Shown here one piece after another: positions 39,121-48,842 of a DNA stretch of 64,000 bases. The position numbers and the translations under genes are program-made. How positions within the stretch are numbered: position 1 is the first letter of the stretch; each line of letters begins with the position of its first letter. A model generated the notes under the pieces. It had not been told where the DNA came from. It did no database searches and was given only the letters and a program-made list of their open reading frames with translations. This DNA is from Eledone cirrhosa (taxonomy: Eukaryota), in assembly GCA_964016885.1 (NCBI GenBank), contig OZ024743.1, positions 368,838,001 to 368,902,000 on the forward strand. Direction: 5' to 3'.

Positions 39121-40241
39121 AACCCAGATGCCGTCAAGGGAATGGCCTTGCTCAGTATATAGGAAAGATGTAGGTAGGAACTCCATTCTCTGCCCCAAAT
39201 GCAAACAATGGGTACACAAGAGATGTAGCGGGATCTCAGGAAGCTTAACTAAGAACGTAGGCTTCACATGTAGCAGCTGTGCTGGGACAGCAAGCAGCAA
39301 ACAGCCACAGGAAACAAGTACCACCAAACTGGGGGGGGGGGGGGGGGGGCTCTGTAGAAACAGTAGCCAGCTTCTGCTACCTAGGTGACCAAATTAGCAG
39401 CGGAGGTGGGTGTTCGGAAAGTACAATAACTAGGGTAAGAACGGGATGGAAAAAGTTCAAGGAGCTACTGCCACTACTAGCTGCAAAAGGCTTTTCCCTC
39501 AAAATAAAAGGCAGACTGTATGATGCGTGTATACGAACATCAATGTTACATGGTAGTGAGACCTGGGCGCTGTCTGTGGAAGACTTGCGTAGATTAGAAA
39601 GAAACGAAGCCTGCATGCTCCGATGGATGTGTAATAGTAATATACGTGAACAGCAAAGCATAAATGAGTTGAGAGAGAGACTGAGCATAAGAGGAATCAA
39701 ATGCTGTGTGCAGGAGAGGCGGTTGCGTAGGTATGGACATGTGATGTGTATGAAGGATGACACCTGCATAAAAAGGTGCAAAGCACTAGAGGTCGATGGA
39801 AACCGTGGATTGGGGAGACCCAAGAAGACCTGGGATGAGGTGATAAAAGCCGACCCAATTACACCTTTCAAAAGCGATGACATACGACCATGACCTCTGG
39901 CATCACGCAGTAATACAGAAGACCCGACCCTCCACGGGTACAAGCCGAAGCTGAAGCATATAGACAATATGCCCCCAGACCCTCCCACTGCAAAGTGGTC
40001 ATGGAGGTGCCACGGCAAAAAAGCACCCAGCCCACACTGTAAAGTGGACGTGTAGGCGCCACGGAAAAAAGCACCAAGCACTCACTGTAAATGAGGCTGG
40101 TGTTAGGAAGGGCATCCAGCTGTAGAAATCAAGCCAGAATCAGTTCTCATATGAGCAAGACAAGGTCAGCCGACCGGACACTGCCCACAACAGGACAACC
40201 CGTCTAACCCATGCTAGCATGGAAGAACGGACGTAAAGTGG

Positions 40242-40272
<31 letters not shown>
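39121..40272 (+). mobile_element. RTE LINE, 5'-truncated at the PHD finger
   Basis: WPCSVYRK..CPKCKQWVHKRC..CSSC, FCYLG, MLHGSETWAL; 3' UTR and (GAT)n tail; frameshift at a poly-G run. Confidence 0.93.
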
Positions 40273-40315
<43 letters not shown>

Positions 40316-40318
<3 letters not shown>

Positions 40319-41930
40319 TCATCATCATCATCGTTTAATGTCCATCTTCCATGCTTGCATGGGTTTGGACGAGAGTTTTCCCACTTGAGGCAAGAGTGGT
40401 TGTCTTGCTCGCATAGGCCTGTCTGGCGGGTTTTCTACGGCTGGATGCCCTTCGTAACACCAACCACGTTTACAGTGTGGACTGGGAGGTTTTTACCGTG
40501 TTACCTACATGGCCACATTACAGCGTGGACTGTGTGTTTTTTTGTCGTGACACCTACACGACCTCATTTGTTTCGGACTGGATGTTGTGGTACCAACATA
40601 ACTTTACATTGAAAAGGGTGGTGTGGATGGGGTGGGGGTAGTGGGACGGGGTATATTTTTGTTAGAGGCGCCTACTGACTGTAGGTTTCGCTTTGCACTT
40701 AGGCAAGGCGGGTCTTCTGTATTACTGCGTAGCGCCAAAGATCTCGGTCCAGTGACATTGTCTTGGAGAAGTGTAAGTGTGTGAGGTCGGAATTTATCAA
40801 GTCATCCCAGGTTTTTCTGGGTCTGCCTACTCCGTGGCTACCGTCTATTTTTATTGCCCTGAACTTTTTTATACAGCTGTCGTCTTTCATGCGCATCACG
40901 TGACCATACCAACGTAGTCTTCTCTCGAGTAAACAACATCTGATCCTCTTATTTCTAATTTTCCCTTAGTTCGTTTATGCTTTGCCGTTCACCTATATTA
41001 CTATTACACATCCAGCGGAGCATGCAAGCTTCATTCCTCTCCAGTCTGCGTATATCCTCTGCACACAATGCCCAGGTCTCACTGCCATGTAACATTGCTG
41101 TTCGTATGCAAGCATCATACAGCCTGCCTTTCATTTTTAGAGAGAACCCTTTAGCGGCTAATAGTGGTATAAGCTCTCTGAACTTTTTCCATCCAGTTCT
41201 GACTCTAGCTACTGTACTTTCAGAGCACCCTCCACCACTGCTGATTTTGTCACCCAAGTAACGGAAGGTGTCCACTATTTCTATAGAACCATCTGTGCAA
41301 TGGAATGAGCTAGTATTCTGTGGGCAGTTGCTGCTACTTATTGCACCAGAGCACCGGCCACATATAAAATCTATGTTCTTAGTTAGCTTACCTGTGATTC
41401 CACTACATCTTTTATGCACCCATACTTTGCATTTGGGACATAAAATAGAGTTTCTACCTACTCCTTTCCTACACACTGAGCATGGCCATTTCCCGGATGG
41501 AACCGGTGCCCTATTTTTCTTCCTACAAACTAGAACTTTAGTCTTAGACAGGTTAATTTTAAGGCCTTTTGATTCTAGGCCATGCTTCCATGTATGGAAT
41601 TTCTTCTCTAGTTCAGCCACTGATTCAGCTATGAGCGTTAGATCATCTGCATATAGGAGTTCCCATGTGCAGCCGGTCTTCAACTCCACTGTTATAGCCT
41701 GAAGGGCAATAATAAATAGTAGGGGGCTAAGAACGGAGCCCTGATGAACACCAACTTTTACGCTAAACTCTTCACTATATTCGTTGTTAATTCTAACCTT
41801 GCTGACTGTTTCTTTCTACATGGCTTGTATCGCTCTCACAAGCCATTCATCAACACCTAATTTTCTAAGAGCCCACCAGATAATAGAACGGGCGACTCTG
41901 TCAAAGGCTTTCTCCAAGTCGACAAAAGCT
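40316..41930 (-). mobile_element. RTE LINE of a second subfamily, 5'-truncated, tail-to-tail with the previous copy
   Basis: AFVDLEKAFDRV, LYADDL, intact CSVC..CPKC..VHKRC..CGRC, FRYLG; its 3' UTR differs from copy 13047. Confidence 0.93.
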
Positions 41931-42241
41931 ATAAATATATATATATATATTTATTTATAGAGATAGATATATAGATATATATATGTATATACATATATAT
42001 ATCTATATATCTTAAATGTAAGTATGTATGTATGTATACGTACATACATATATGTATACAGACGTACAGTAGTATGTATATATATACATACATGCACACA
42101 TATATATATATGCACGTATCGGTTTACCGAACATTTATTATAATGCTAGGTTTGTTTGTTTGTAAACAAACAAACAGCCCGAATTATGCCGTACAGTGTT
42201 TAGACAACCACGTCACCTTTTTGTTCAACACTGACAGAGGA

Positions 42242-42284
42242 ACGATGTACTAGTTTCAAGGTTATTAGCTATCGTCAGCATCGT
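42242..42284 (-). ncRNA. Minimal hammerhead ribozyme motif
   Basis: Minus strand: ACGATG-CTGACGA-TAGCT aata ACCTT-GAAA-CTAG-T-A-CATCGT; perfect 6-bp helix I, palindromic ACTAGT, weak helix II. Confidence 0.6.
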
Positions 42285-42424
42285 ATACCTTCCTGCCAGA
42301 TGGTTGAATGTCTGAAAGTATACACTTTCCCTATGCATATTAACGGGTGAGCAGCCCAATTTGCATATCCAGTGCGTTCAGTCGGCCGGGCGCACCGAAA
42401 ACGATAAATGGAATATATCTATCT

Positions 42425-42455
<31 letters not shown>

Positions 42456-42465
42456 TATTAAAATA

Positions 42466-42541
42466 ACAGATTAAAGTTTAAGCAAAGAATCGCTGCTTTC
42501 ACCCTTAACGGGATCTTCTGAAACTAACAGAGTCAATCTGT
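42466..42541 (-). ncRNA. Extended type I hammerhead ribozyme at the PLE 3' end (core variant CAGAAGA)
   Basis: Minus strand: ACAGATTGA-ctctgtt-AGTTT-CAGAAGA-T CCC gttaa GGG T-GAAA-GCA gcgattctt TGC-T-T-AAACT-TTAATCTGT. Confidence 0.7.
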
Positions 42542-42615
42542 AAACGCAGAACTGGATATTTCAAAAAACGTTGCAACCGGAGGAAGACAGGAAGACGATA
42601 CTTTGGTTCGTGGTA

Positions 42616-42884
42616 ACGTTCGCTGGCAAAGAACGGGAAAAAACGAATAATACGTCATTAATAGGAGCGGTGAAAAACAATTACGCGCAAAGACAAAACC
42701 ACGTTTACGGTATAAAAGAGGTCGTAGACTAATGTTCTCTTAGGTGGTGCATAGAGACGTTCTCTGGCAATGAACGAAAAAACGAAGATAATAAGTCATA
42801 TGTGGAGCGTGGAGAACAATAGCACGCAAAAACAAAACCACGTAAATGGTATAGCAGGAATCGTAGACTAAAATTCTAACTAGG
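42616..42884. repeat. Two-copy diverged direct repeat (period about 140 bp) in the PLE 3' UTR
   Basis: ACGTTC.CTGGCAA.GAACG..ACAAAACCACGT..GGTATA..TCGTAGACTAA occurs twice. Confidence 0.8.
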
Positions 42885-43453
42885 AGACCAAATGAATCTC
42901 CGCTACAGAGTTAAGAACAAAGTAAATAAATACAATACAGAAGTAATAGGAACAAATAAATACATACACGCAAACAGATACGTACATACACAAGCATACG
43001 CAAAACCTTACCATGGGTATACAAAACCACGCACATATAAATACGTGTGTGTGTGTATGCTTGTGTACAAATAAATAAATAATTATATAAACGTATATAA
43101 GTAAATAAATACGTAAATAACAAGCGCACACGCATACCTACATATAAATACACGAATGTTCGGAGACGTAAGTCAACTAAAACAAGAAGTACACATATAC
43201 ACACACCCACCATACGTACGAACCTGCACACTCACGCGGACGCAAAACTCCCGTATACACATAGCCAAACCCTAAATACCAGAATATGTAAAAATTATAC
43301 GCTATAACAGTCAAATATACGTACGAGAAGGTATACATACCTTCACAAAACATACGGGTAATATATACTTACCTATGCAAATACGTAAAGGAATAAACAA
43401 AACATATACTTAGCTCCCACATCAAGACGTAAAATATCTACGTATAGATCGTG

Positions 43454-44650
43454 CTATCCGTTAGGGTATAACGTGGGGCTGTAATACAGGAAAGTTTTGT
43501 GCAATTTATGTTTACAAGCCGAAATTGCCTCAGATTTTTTGTTTAAGATGTGGTCTGTAGCGTAGAGTATTTCCAGGGCCTCAGCGGCGCAGAGGTCACA
43601 TGGTCTTTTATTTCCGTTATACGATCTAGCCCTAGCTAGGATCTCCCAGTGTAACTTATATTGGGTGTGGTTGTCTTTTAGACTCCAGATATAAGCTGAA
43701 AGTGACGTCATATTCCTTCTTAGAGGGTAACGAAAAGAATGGGTATGCATGTAAAGACGCTGCTTGAAACTATTGGCGGTTAACCCTATGTAGGCCCTAC
43801 GGGACGTGGGTGTTACAACCTTACATTTGTAGACAATGTTACTAGAGAGGCATTTCCCGGATAGGGGGCAATCAGCCCGATTCCTACAATTACAGTTAGT
43901 ACTACCTACAGGGTTGCACGTGTTCCTACGGCTAGGTAGTTTAGCTAAATTTGAAGCTGTGATGTTATGTGCAAGGTTAGGAGTCGTAGAGTAAGAAATT
44001 TTAATAGTATTTCTATTAAAAATGTTACTATATTTATGTGTAAGGGGAAAATGCTTCGTAATAAGGGAAAGAAAGATCTTAGCTAATGGTGTGGCCACCT
44101 CCATATTATATGGTGGGTTAAACCAACAAATGCGACGGGATCTATTTCTTCTAGGTCTATTTTCGTACTCTGTATATGCTACCTTATCGACAAATCCACT
44201 TCGAGCAAGAGCTTCGTTGTAATAAGTGGAATGGTCGTTGAAAATGCGCTCGTTGGTGGAAAGACGGGAAAGCCTCAACGAAACGTTTCTTACCAGGTTC
44301 TTGGTTATGCTGGCAGGATGGTTGGAATGCTTACTTATGTAATTAAGCGTATCATTCGGCTTTCTATACGGGTAATACAACCCATTCAATAAATTGAGGG
44401 TAACGTCGAGGTAATTAACGACAGAGAGATTGGCCTCAACCTGTATAGAGAGGTTGAAGCCTTTAAAGAAGGCTGTGAGTTCTTTTCTGAACCTGTCGCA
44501 AGCACGAGGTCCGCACTTAGTCATGGTCAAAAGACCATCGTCACGGTACAAACCACCGCCCGCGTTGGGGAATTCGTCCTTGATAGAGAAAAGAAGGAAA
44601 AGGCCAATAAGATCAGTAACCTCCGCAGAGTCACTGGTGCCCATACTCAC
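43454..44650 (-). CDS. PLE polyprotein C-terminal 398 codons: RT (YRDD), thumb, Cys linker, GIY-YIG endonuclease
   Basis: GLYRDDGL, NYLDVTLNL, YRKPND..SNHP, WFNPPY, CNCRNRADCPLSGKC, NIVYKCKV..AYIGLT..FKQRLYMH, CDLCAAE, LNKKSE. The ORF is uninterrupted, but its N-terminus is lost by truncation, so the listed start is not a real initiation site. Confidence 0.9.
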   Translation of the reverse strand: MSMGTSDSAEVTDLIGLFLLFSIKDEFPNAGGGLYRDDGLLTMTKCGPRACDRFRKELTAFFKGFNLSIQVEANLSVVNYLDVTLNLLNGLYYPYRKPNDTLNYISKHSNHPASITKNLVRNVSLRLSRLSTNERIFNDHSTYYNEALARSGFVDKVAYTEYENRPRRNRSRRICWFNPPYNMEVATPLAKIFLSLITKHFPLTHKYSNIFNRNTIKISYSTTPNLAHNITASNLAKLPSRRNTCNPVGSTNCNCRNRADCPLSGKCLSSNIVYKCKVVTPTSRRAYIGLTANSFKQRLYMHTHSFRYPLRRNMTSLSAYIWSLKDNHTQYKLHWEILARARSYNGNKRPCDLCAAEALEILYATDHILNKKSEAISACKHKLHKTFLYYSPTLYPNG

Positions 44651-45535
44651 GTATCTCTCTCTCTCTTCCTCCCTATTTCAGCCTCTCTCTCTCTTCCTCC
44701 TTGTTTTCAGCCTGGTTGCACGTGCGTTGTAAACCCCTTTTGGATTAACTCCGTTTCCCTTCTCCTCTCTCTCCCTCTACCTCTCTTACTCCCCCTCTTT
44801 CCTCTAGCTCCTCAGTTATTACGGCCAGTGGGCTTATACCCATCGGTGTGGTATAACTTGATCTAGTTTCTCTTCGGTTACTTACATACATGTAACATTG
44901 TCCTGTGTTCCCCCTTCTATCGGTATGTTTACTTTGCTTTTTCGTTTTTTTTTCTTCTTCCCTTTTTCTTTCTCCCTCTCTATTCACTATCACTTCTTTC
45001 CCCCATGACCTTTTGATGGATAAAAGGCCATGGGTGCGCTACCGATCGATGTTCTATTTTAAGCGCTGAAACATCTAAGATCCGTAGTAAATAGCTGACG
45101 AAGGGAAACTTTTCTTTTCTTGTTTAAGTCCCGATTACTTTCTAACACTTTGTTTTTAATAACCACACAGCCTCGCCTCTTTACCTATATACCATGTTGA
45201 GCTCTGCTGATGAACGAAATCCAACCGTGACCATCCCCACTGAAAGTTTTCGTGAAATAGTCTTTTCAAGACTATACAGAGCATTTGAAGTTGTCCCAAA
45301 TTGAAGGATAAGTATTTTAGACTTTGTTTTATCATGAGTTAAGGCTCTATTGATTTTTCCCTGGATTTCTCTAAATTCTGTTGGATAAATCTATATCCTG
45401 ATTCTTTTTGAATTGAGTTTGAGTTATTTTTCCCACATCTTACGTTAACTATTTTCCCATTTTGACGCTATAGTCACTTATATATTATGGAATACTGTTA
45501 GCTTCTTGCTACAATAATTTCTATACCTTTCATTT
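44651..45535 (+). mobile_element. Pyrimidine-rich non-coding cassette (probable 3' UTR/pLTR of a different PLE, or a retrozyme-like element) fused head-to-head to the PLE 5' break
   Basis: Abrupt junction at 44650, contains a canonical HHR, ends in (TA)n. No visible similarity to the 42452-43453 UTR. Confidence 0.5.
45201..45282 (+). ncRNA. Canonical type I hammerhead ribozyme
   Basis: GCTCTG-CTGATGA-ACGAAA (28-nt loop) TTTCGT-GAAA-TAGTCTT ttc AAGACTA-T-A-CAGAGC. All three helices pair perfectly and the core is intact; predicted cleavage after A45276. Confidence 0.9.
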
Positions 45536-45549
45536 ATATATATATATAT

Positions 45550-45635
45550 ATTTTGTAGATGGAAACTGCAGAAGCTTGCCATATATATATATATATATAT
45601 ATATGGCAAGCTTCTGCAGTTTCCATCTACAAAAT
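45550..45635. repeat. Perfect 86-bp palindrome centred on (AT)n
   Basis: ATTTTGTAGATGGAAACTGCAGAAGCTTGCC(AT)nGGCAAGCTTCTGCAGTTTCCATCTACAAAAT. Confidence 0.92.
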
Positions 45636-45767
45636 TCCACTTACAAGGCATTGGTCAACCTGAGGCTATAGTAGAAGGAACTTTCTGATGGTGCCATACA
45701 GTAGGATTCAACCCAGAACTGTGTGCTTGTGATGTGAACTCCTTAATCACTCAGCTATGTCTGCACA
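45604..45767 (-). mobile_element. tRNA-derived SINE of another family; related decayed copy at about 7465-7610(+)
   Basis: Minus strand: TAGCTGAGTGATTAAG (A box), GGGTTGAATCC (B box), ..TTCTACTATAGCCTCAGG..GCCTTGTAAGTGGAATTTTGTAGATGGAAACTG. Confidence 0.65.
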
Positions 45768-46268
45768 TATTGAATATATATTTATAGTATCCCTTTTTAA
45801 AATAACACTAGCCTTGGTATTAAGTTTTTAAGCTGTGCTTCACAGATTGATTTAATTGATTGTAATAGTACATTTCATCGATACTCACTCTGTACTCTAT
45901 CTCACAACAACAAGAAATAATTTTTCTATTTTTCTACATCTCTCATGAAAGTAATATTTTAAGAAGAATATATCAACTTATTGAAGTTGATACAAGAAAA
46001 GTGTTATTGACATTGAATGAAACATAGAGCCTGTATACCAAAATAAAGTAATACTTTAAAAGAAAAAATTAAATATAAATATATTACTTTCTAAAATTGA
46101 AGAGGACTTGAATGCAGAAATAGCTGTAAAACAGCTGGTTGTTATGACCATCATAGCAAAGAGTCGGGTTAAACCAAACCCCTTAATGAATGGAAGAGCA
46201 GTCAGAAAAGAAGTCAAGAAGGAGAAGGAGAATGAAAGGAAGAGAGAATATATCATATGGTATGAGAT

Positions 46269-46331
<63 letters not shown>

Positions 46332-47279
46332 TAAAATAGAGAATGAAAATGATAAATCATATAGTAATGACATGGAAATGTAAAAATGGAATAACTGGAG
46401 AAAAGCAAGGTTGAATAACATAAAAGAACAAACTATATTGTCCAATACCTCCTCAGCTTCCTTCTAGCCACAAGGTTTTGCACGGTGAGAAAGAATCATG
46501 TATTACAACATGAACTAGCTAATCCTATACACCAAATTAACAAGGATTAACAGAGTAGTGGTTAAATTTTAATGTAAATTATATTTGATACTGTTTTTAT
46601 GTCTGCCTTTTTATGAGGCATGAATTGGATAGGGCGTTTTTAGGCAGTGTCTTTATGGCATGACATCTGGCCATAAAATATCCTGTGCAACCCATGAAAT
46701 ATGTGACAAAAAAAACTGATGGTAGAATGGGGGTTGGGGTCTGCTTATATTTGAAGTCAATATTTTGCTGATTTTCACCAATTTCACAATTCTCTGTAAA
46801 TGAGGTGCTAAAATATTTTTCTTTCGTATTTTCAAATTCGTATTTCGTATTGTATTATATGTGTTTTGCATGAATATGGTATTCAATATGGTCAGAAATC
46901 ATTATGTAATGGAGTTGGGAAACAAAAATTATACTTTAAATGACAACATTTTAAATACCAAAATATTAAAACTTCACAAATATATTTTCCACTCATGAGA
47001 ATTTCAAAACCGTACTATCTAAATATAATGTGTTATAAATGGGGTCTAGATTTTGCCTACTTCTCAGACATAAAATAGGGGGTCAGCTTATATTTATATT
47101 GGCTTATATTCGAATATATACTACTTGCCTGAGTCCTGATACAGGCAAACAACAATTCACAAGATGAGTTTCAGCCGAATATCCAAGCAGCCATTCCAGT
47201 TAATAATATGTGTATACATATATAGAAAAAAGTCTATATTAGTAGCATGACAAAGTCTGTTCATTATATTAGCCAATCT

Positions 47280-47530
47280 GGTCTGTTATTGTGTCGTTTC
47301 TCCCTTTTCTTCTTGTTGTCCTGCTTCCTTTGGTTTTCAATATCGATGCTTACATCAAGGATTAACTTCCACCATATTAGTCTGTCATCAACATAATGCC
47401 TCCAGCATTTTTTCAAAATATCTTTGATGGTGTCCTTAAGAAAGGGCATCCTACATGTCGAACACCATCCTCAAGCTCACCAAAAAGAAGTTTCTTTATA
47501 GGTCTACAATCATCCATGTGGCCAACATTC
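47280..47530 (-). mobile_element. RTE (BovB-like) C-terminal fragment
   Basis: Minus translation VGHMDDCRPIKKLLFGELEDGVRHVGCP..KDTIKDILKKC. Confidence 0.6.
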
Positions 47531-48788
47531 GAATATATACAGTAGTTATTTCAGCGTTGTCATTCTCTATGTTGGGGCTAAAGAACCAAATACATACTTT
47601 CTTTATGTGAAAGGTTGTTAGTGAGACCAATTGAAAGACTTTGCTACAAAATGATCAGAAATAGATATAGTAGTTATAGCAGATAGATTAGATAGGGGAG
47701 AAAATTGGCAATGTGGGATTAAACATAGTATAAAGATCAAAGTTATTTGATATAATCAGCAAAACTAGAGATAAATGGACAGATAAATGGAGTTGATGGT
47801 AATAAATTTGGGTAGTGTTGATATGACATGGAAATAATTGGAAAAAACATCATAAGTTAAACAAGTAGAAGTTAAGGGCAAAAACACTTGCTTGAGTGGG
47901 GAGCTCTTCTCTGAAGACCTTCTACTGTCTAGCTCTTCTGAGAGTTTCTAATCACTATGAAGAGATCAGTAAAGTAAAATGTACTAGAATATCAGAAAGT
48001 AAAACAAACAGAAAATATATTACATGGCATTGTTAAATATTTAGTCAGCCATGGAAAGACAGATTTAGACAATCAGGAATGAATCAATAAAAAAAGGAAG
48101 ACAGTAAAGAAAATATAGGATCTATTCAATTGTGATCTACAATAATAATAAAAAAAAAGTACACAACAAAAAAAGCTGTTATTTTAAACTATAAATTATA
48201 TATATATATAACACAAAAATAACATTAGAAGGAATTTTTTTGAAGGTAAGTAGTGTTAAAAGCCTCTCCTATTGAAAGATGACTAATGAGTCATGACAAC
48301 TAAGTTATTGAATCTGTATATCATACATACATCATAAATGCATCTGTACGATTCTGTTGCACTGCTTGATATTTAAAAAAAACTAGTTCTTTAATCCTTG
48401 AACAATAAGAGTTGAACTGATGTTTTGTTGAGGATGATGATCATAACATATCAACCAATGTAGTTGAATCAAGGCTACAAATATCATTCTCTTTTTGAAT
48501 TACTGTTTGCCAGAGTGAGCACTCTTTGTTTATTTTGCCACATACATCATCATTAACATTAACCTTAAACAATTTAATTATAGAATAATATTAGCTTGTA
48601 TTTCCCCATTTTCCCCACCCACAACAACCCTCTCAAACCTTCCTAAATCTTTTTCTCCATCATATTTCACAGACACTGATTCTATTTATGCTTAGATGCT
48701 GATAATATTTAGCGTCATTTCAAAGTCTTAGCATATTTGTTCTATTGTGTGTTTTCTGTGTTTTCTTTGTCTTTTTTCTCTTGTGAAG

Positions 48789-48842
48789 GACATTAAATGA
48801 GAAGAATTACTGTACCACGACAGCTTCTGTTGCAACAATGTG
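48789..48842 (+). other. Candidate 54-nt exon of an unidentified host gene
   Basis: Long polypyrimidine tract plus AG (48750-48788), donor TG|GTATGA, length a multiple of 3, non-repetitive sequence. Confidence 0.3.

Larger units (their letters stand above)
42452..44650 (-). mobile_element. Young Penelope-like element, 5'-truncated within RT, with a 3' UTR of about 1 kb ending in (TA)n
   Basis: Contains the 43454-44650 ORF, a two-copy repeat in the UTR and an HHR at the 3' end; CpG dinucleotides well retained. Confidence 0.88.

Noticed and set aside
45091-45140. CTGACGA-AGGGA..TCCC, a possible second hammerhead
   Set aside because: Followed by GATT rather than GAAA, with no convincing helix I or III.
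47160-47202. Minus-strand CTGGAAT-GGCTG..CGGCT-GAAA-CTCA-TC
   Set aside because: The core deviates at several positions and helix I is only 2-3 bp; too degenerate to call.
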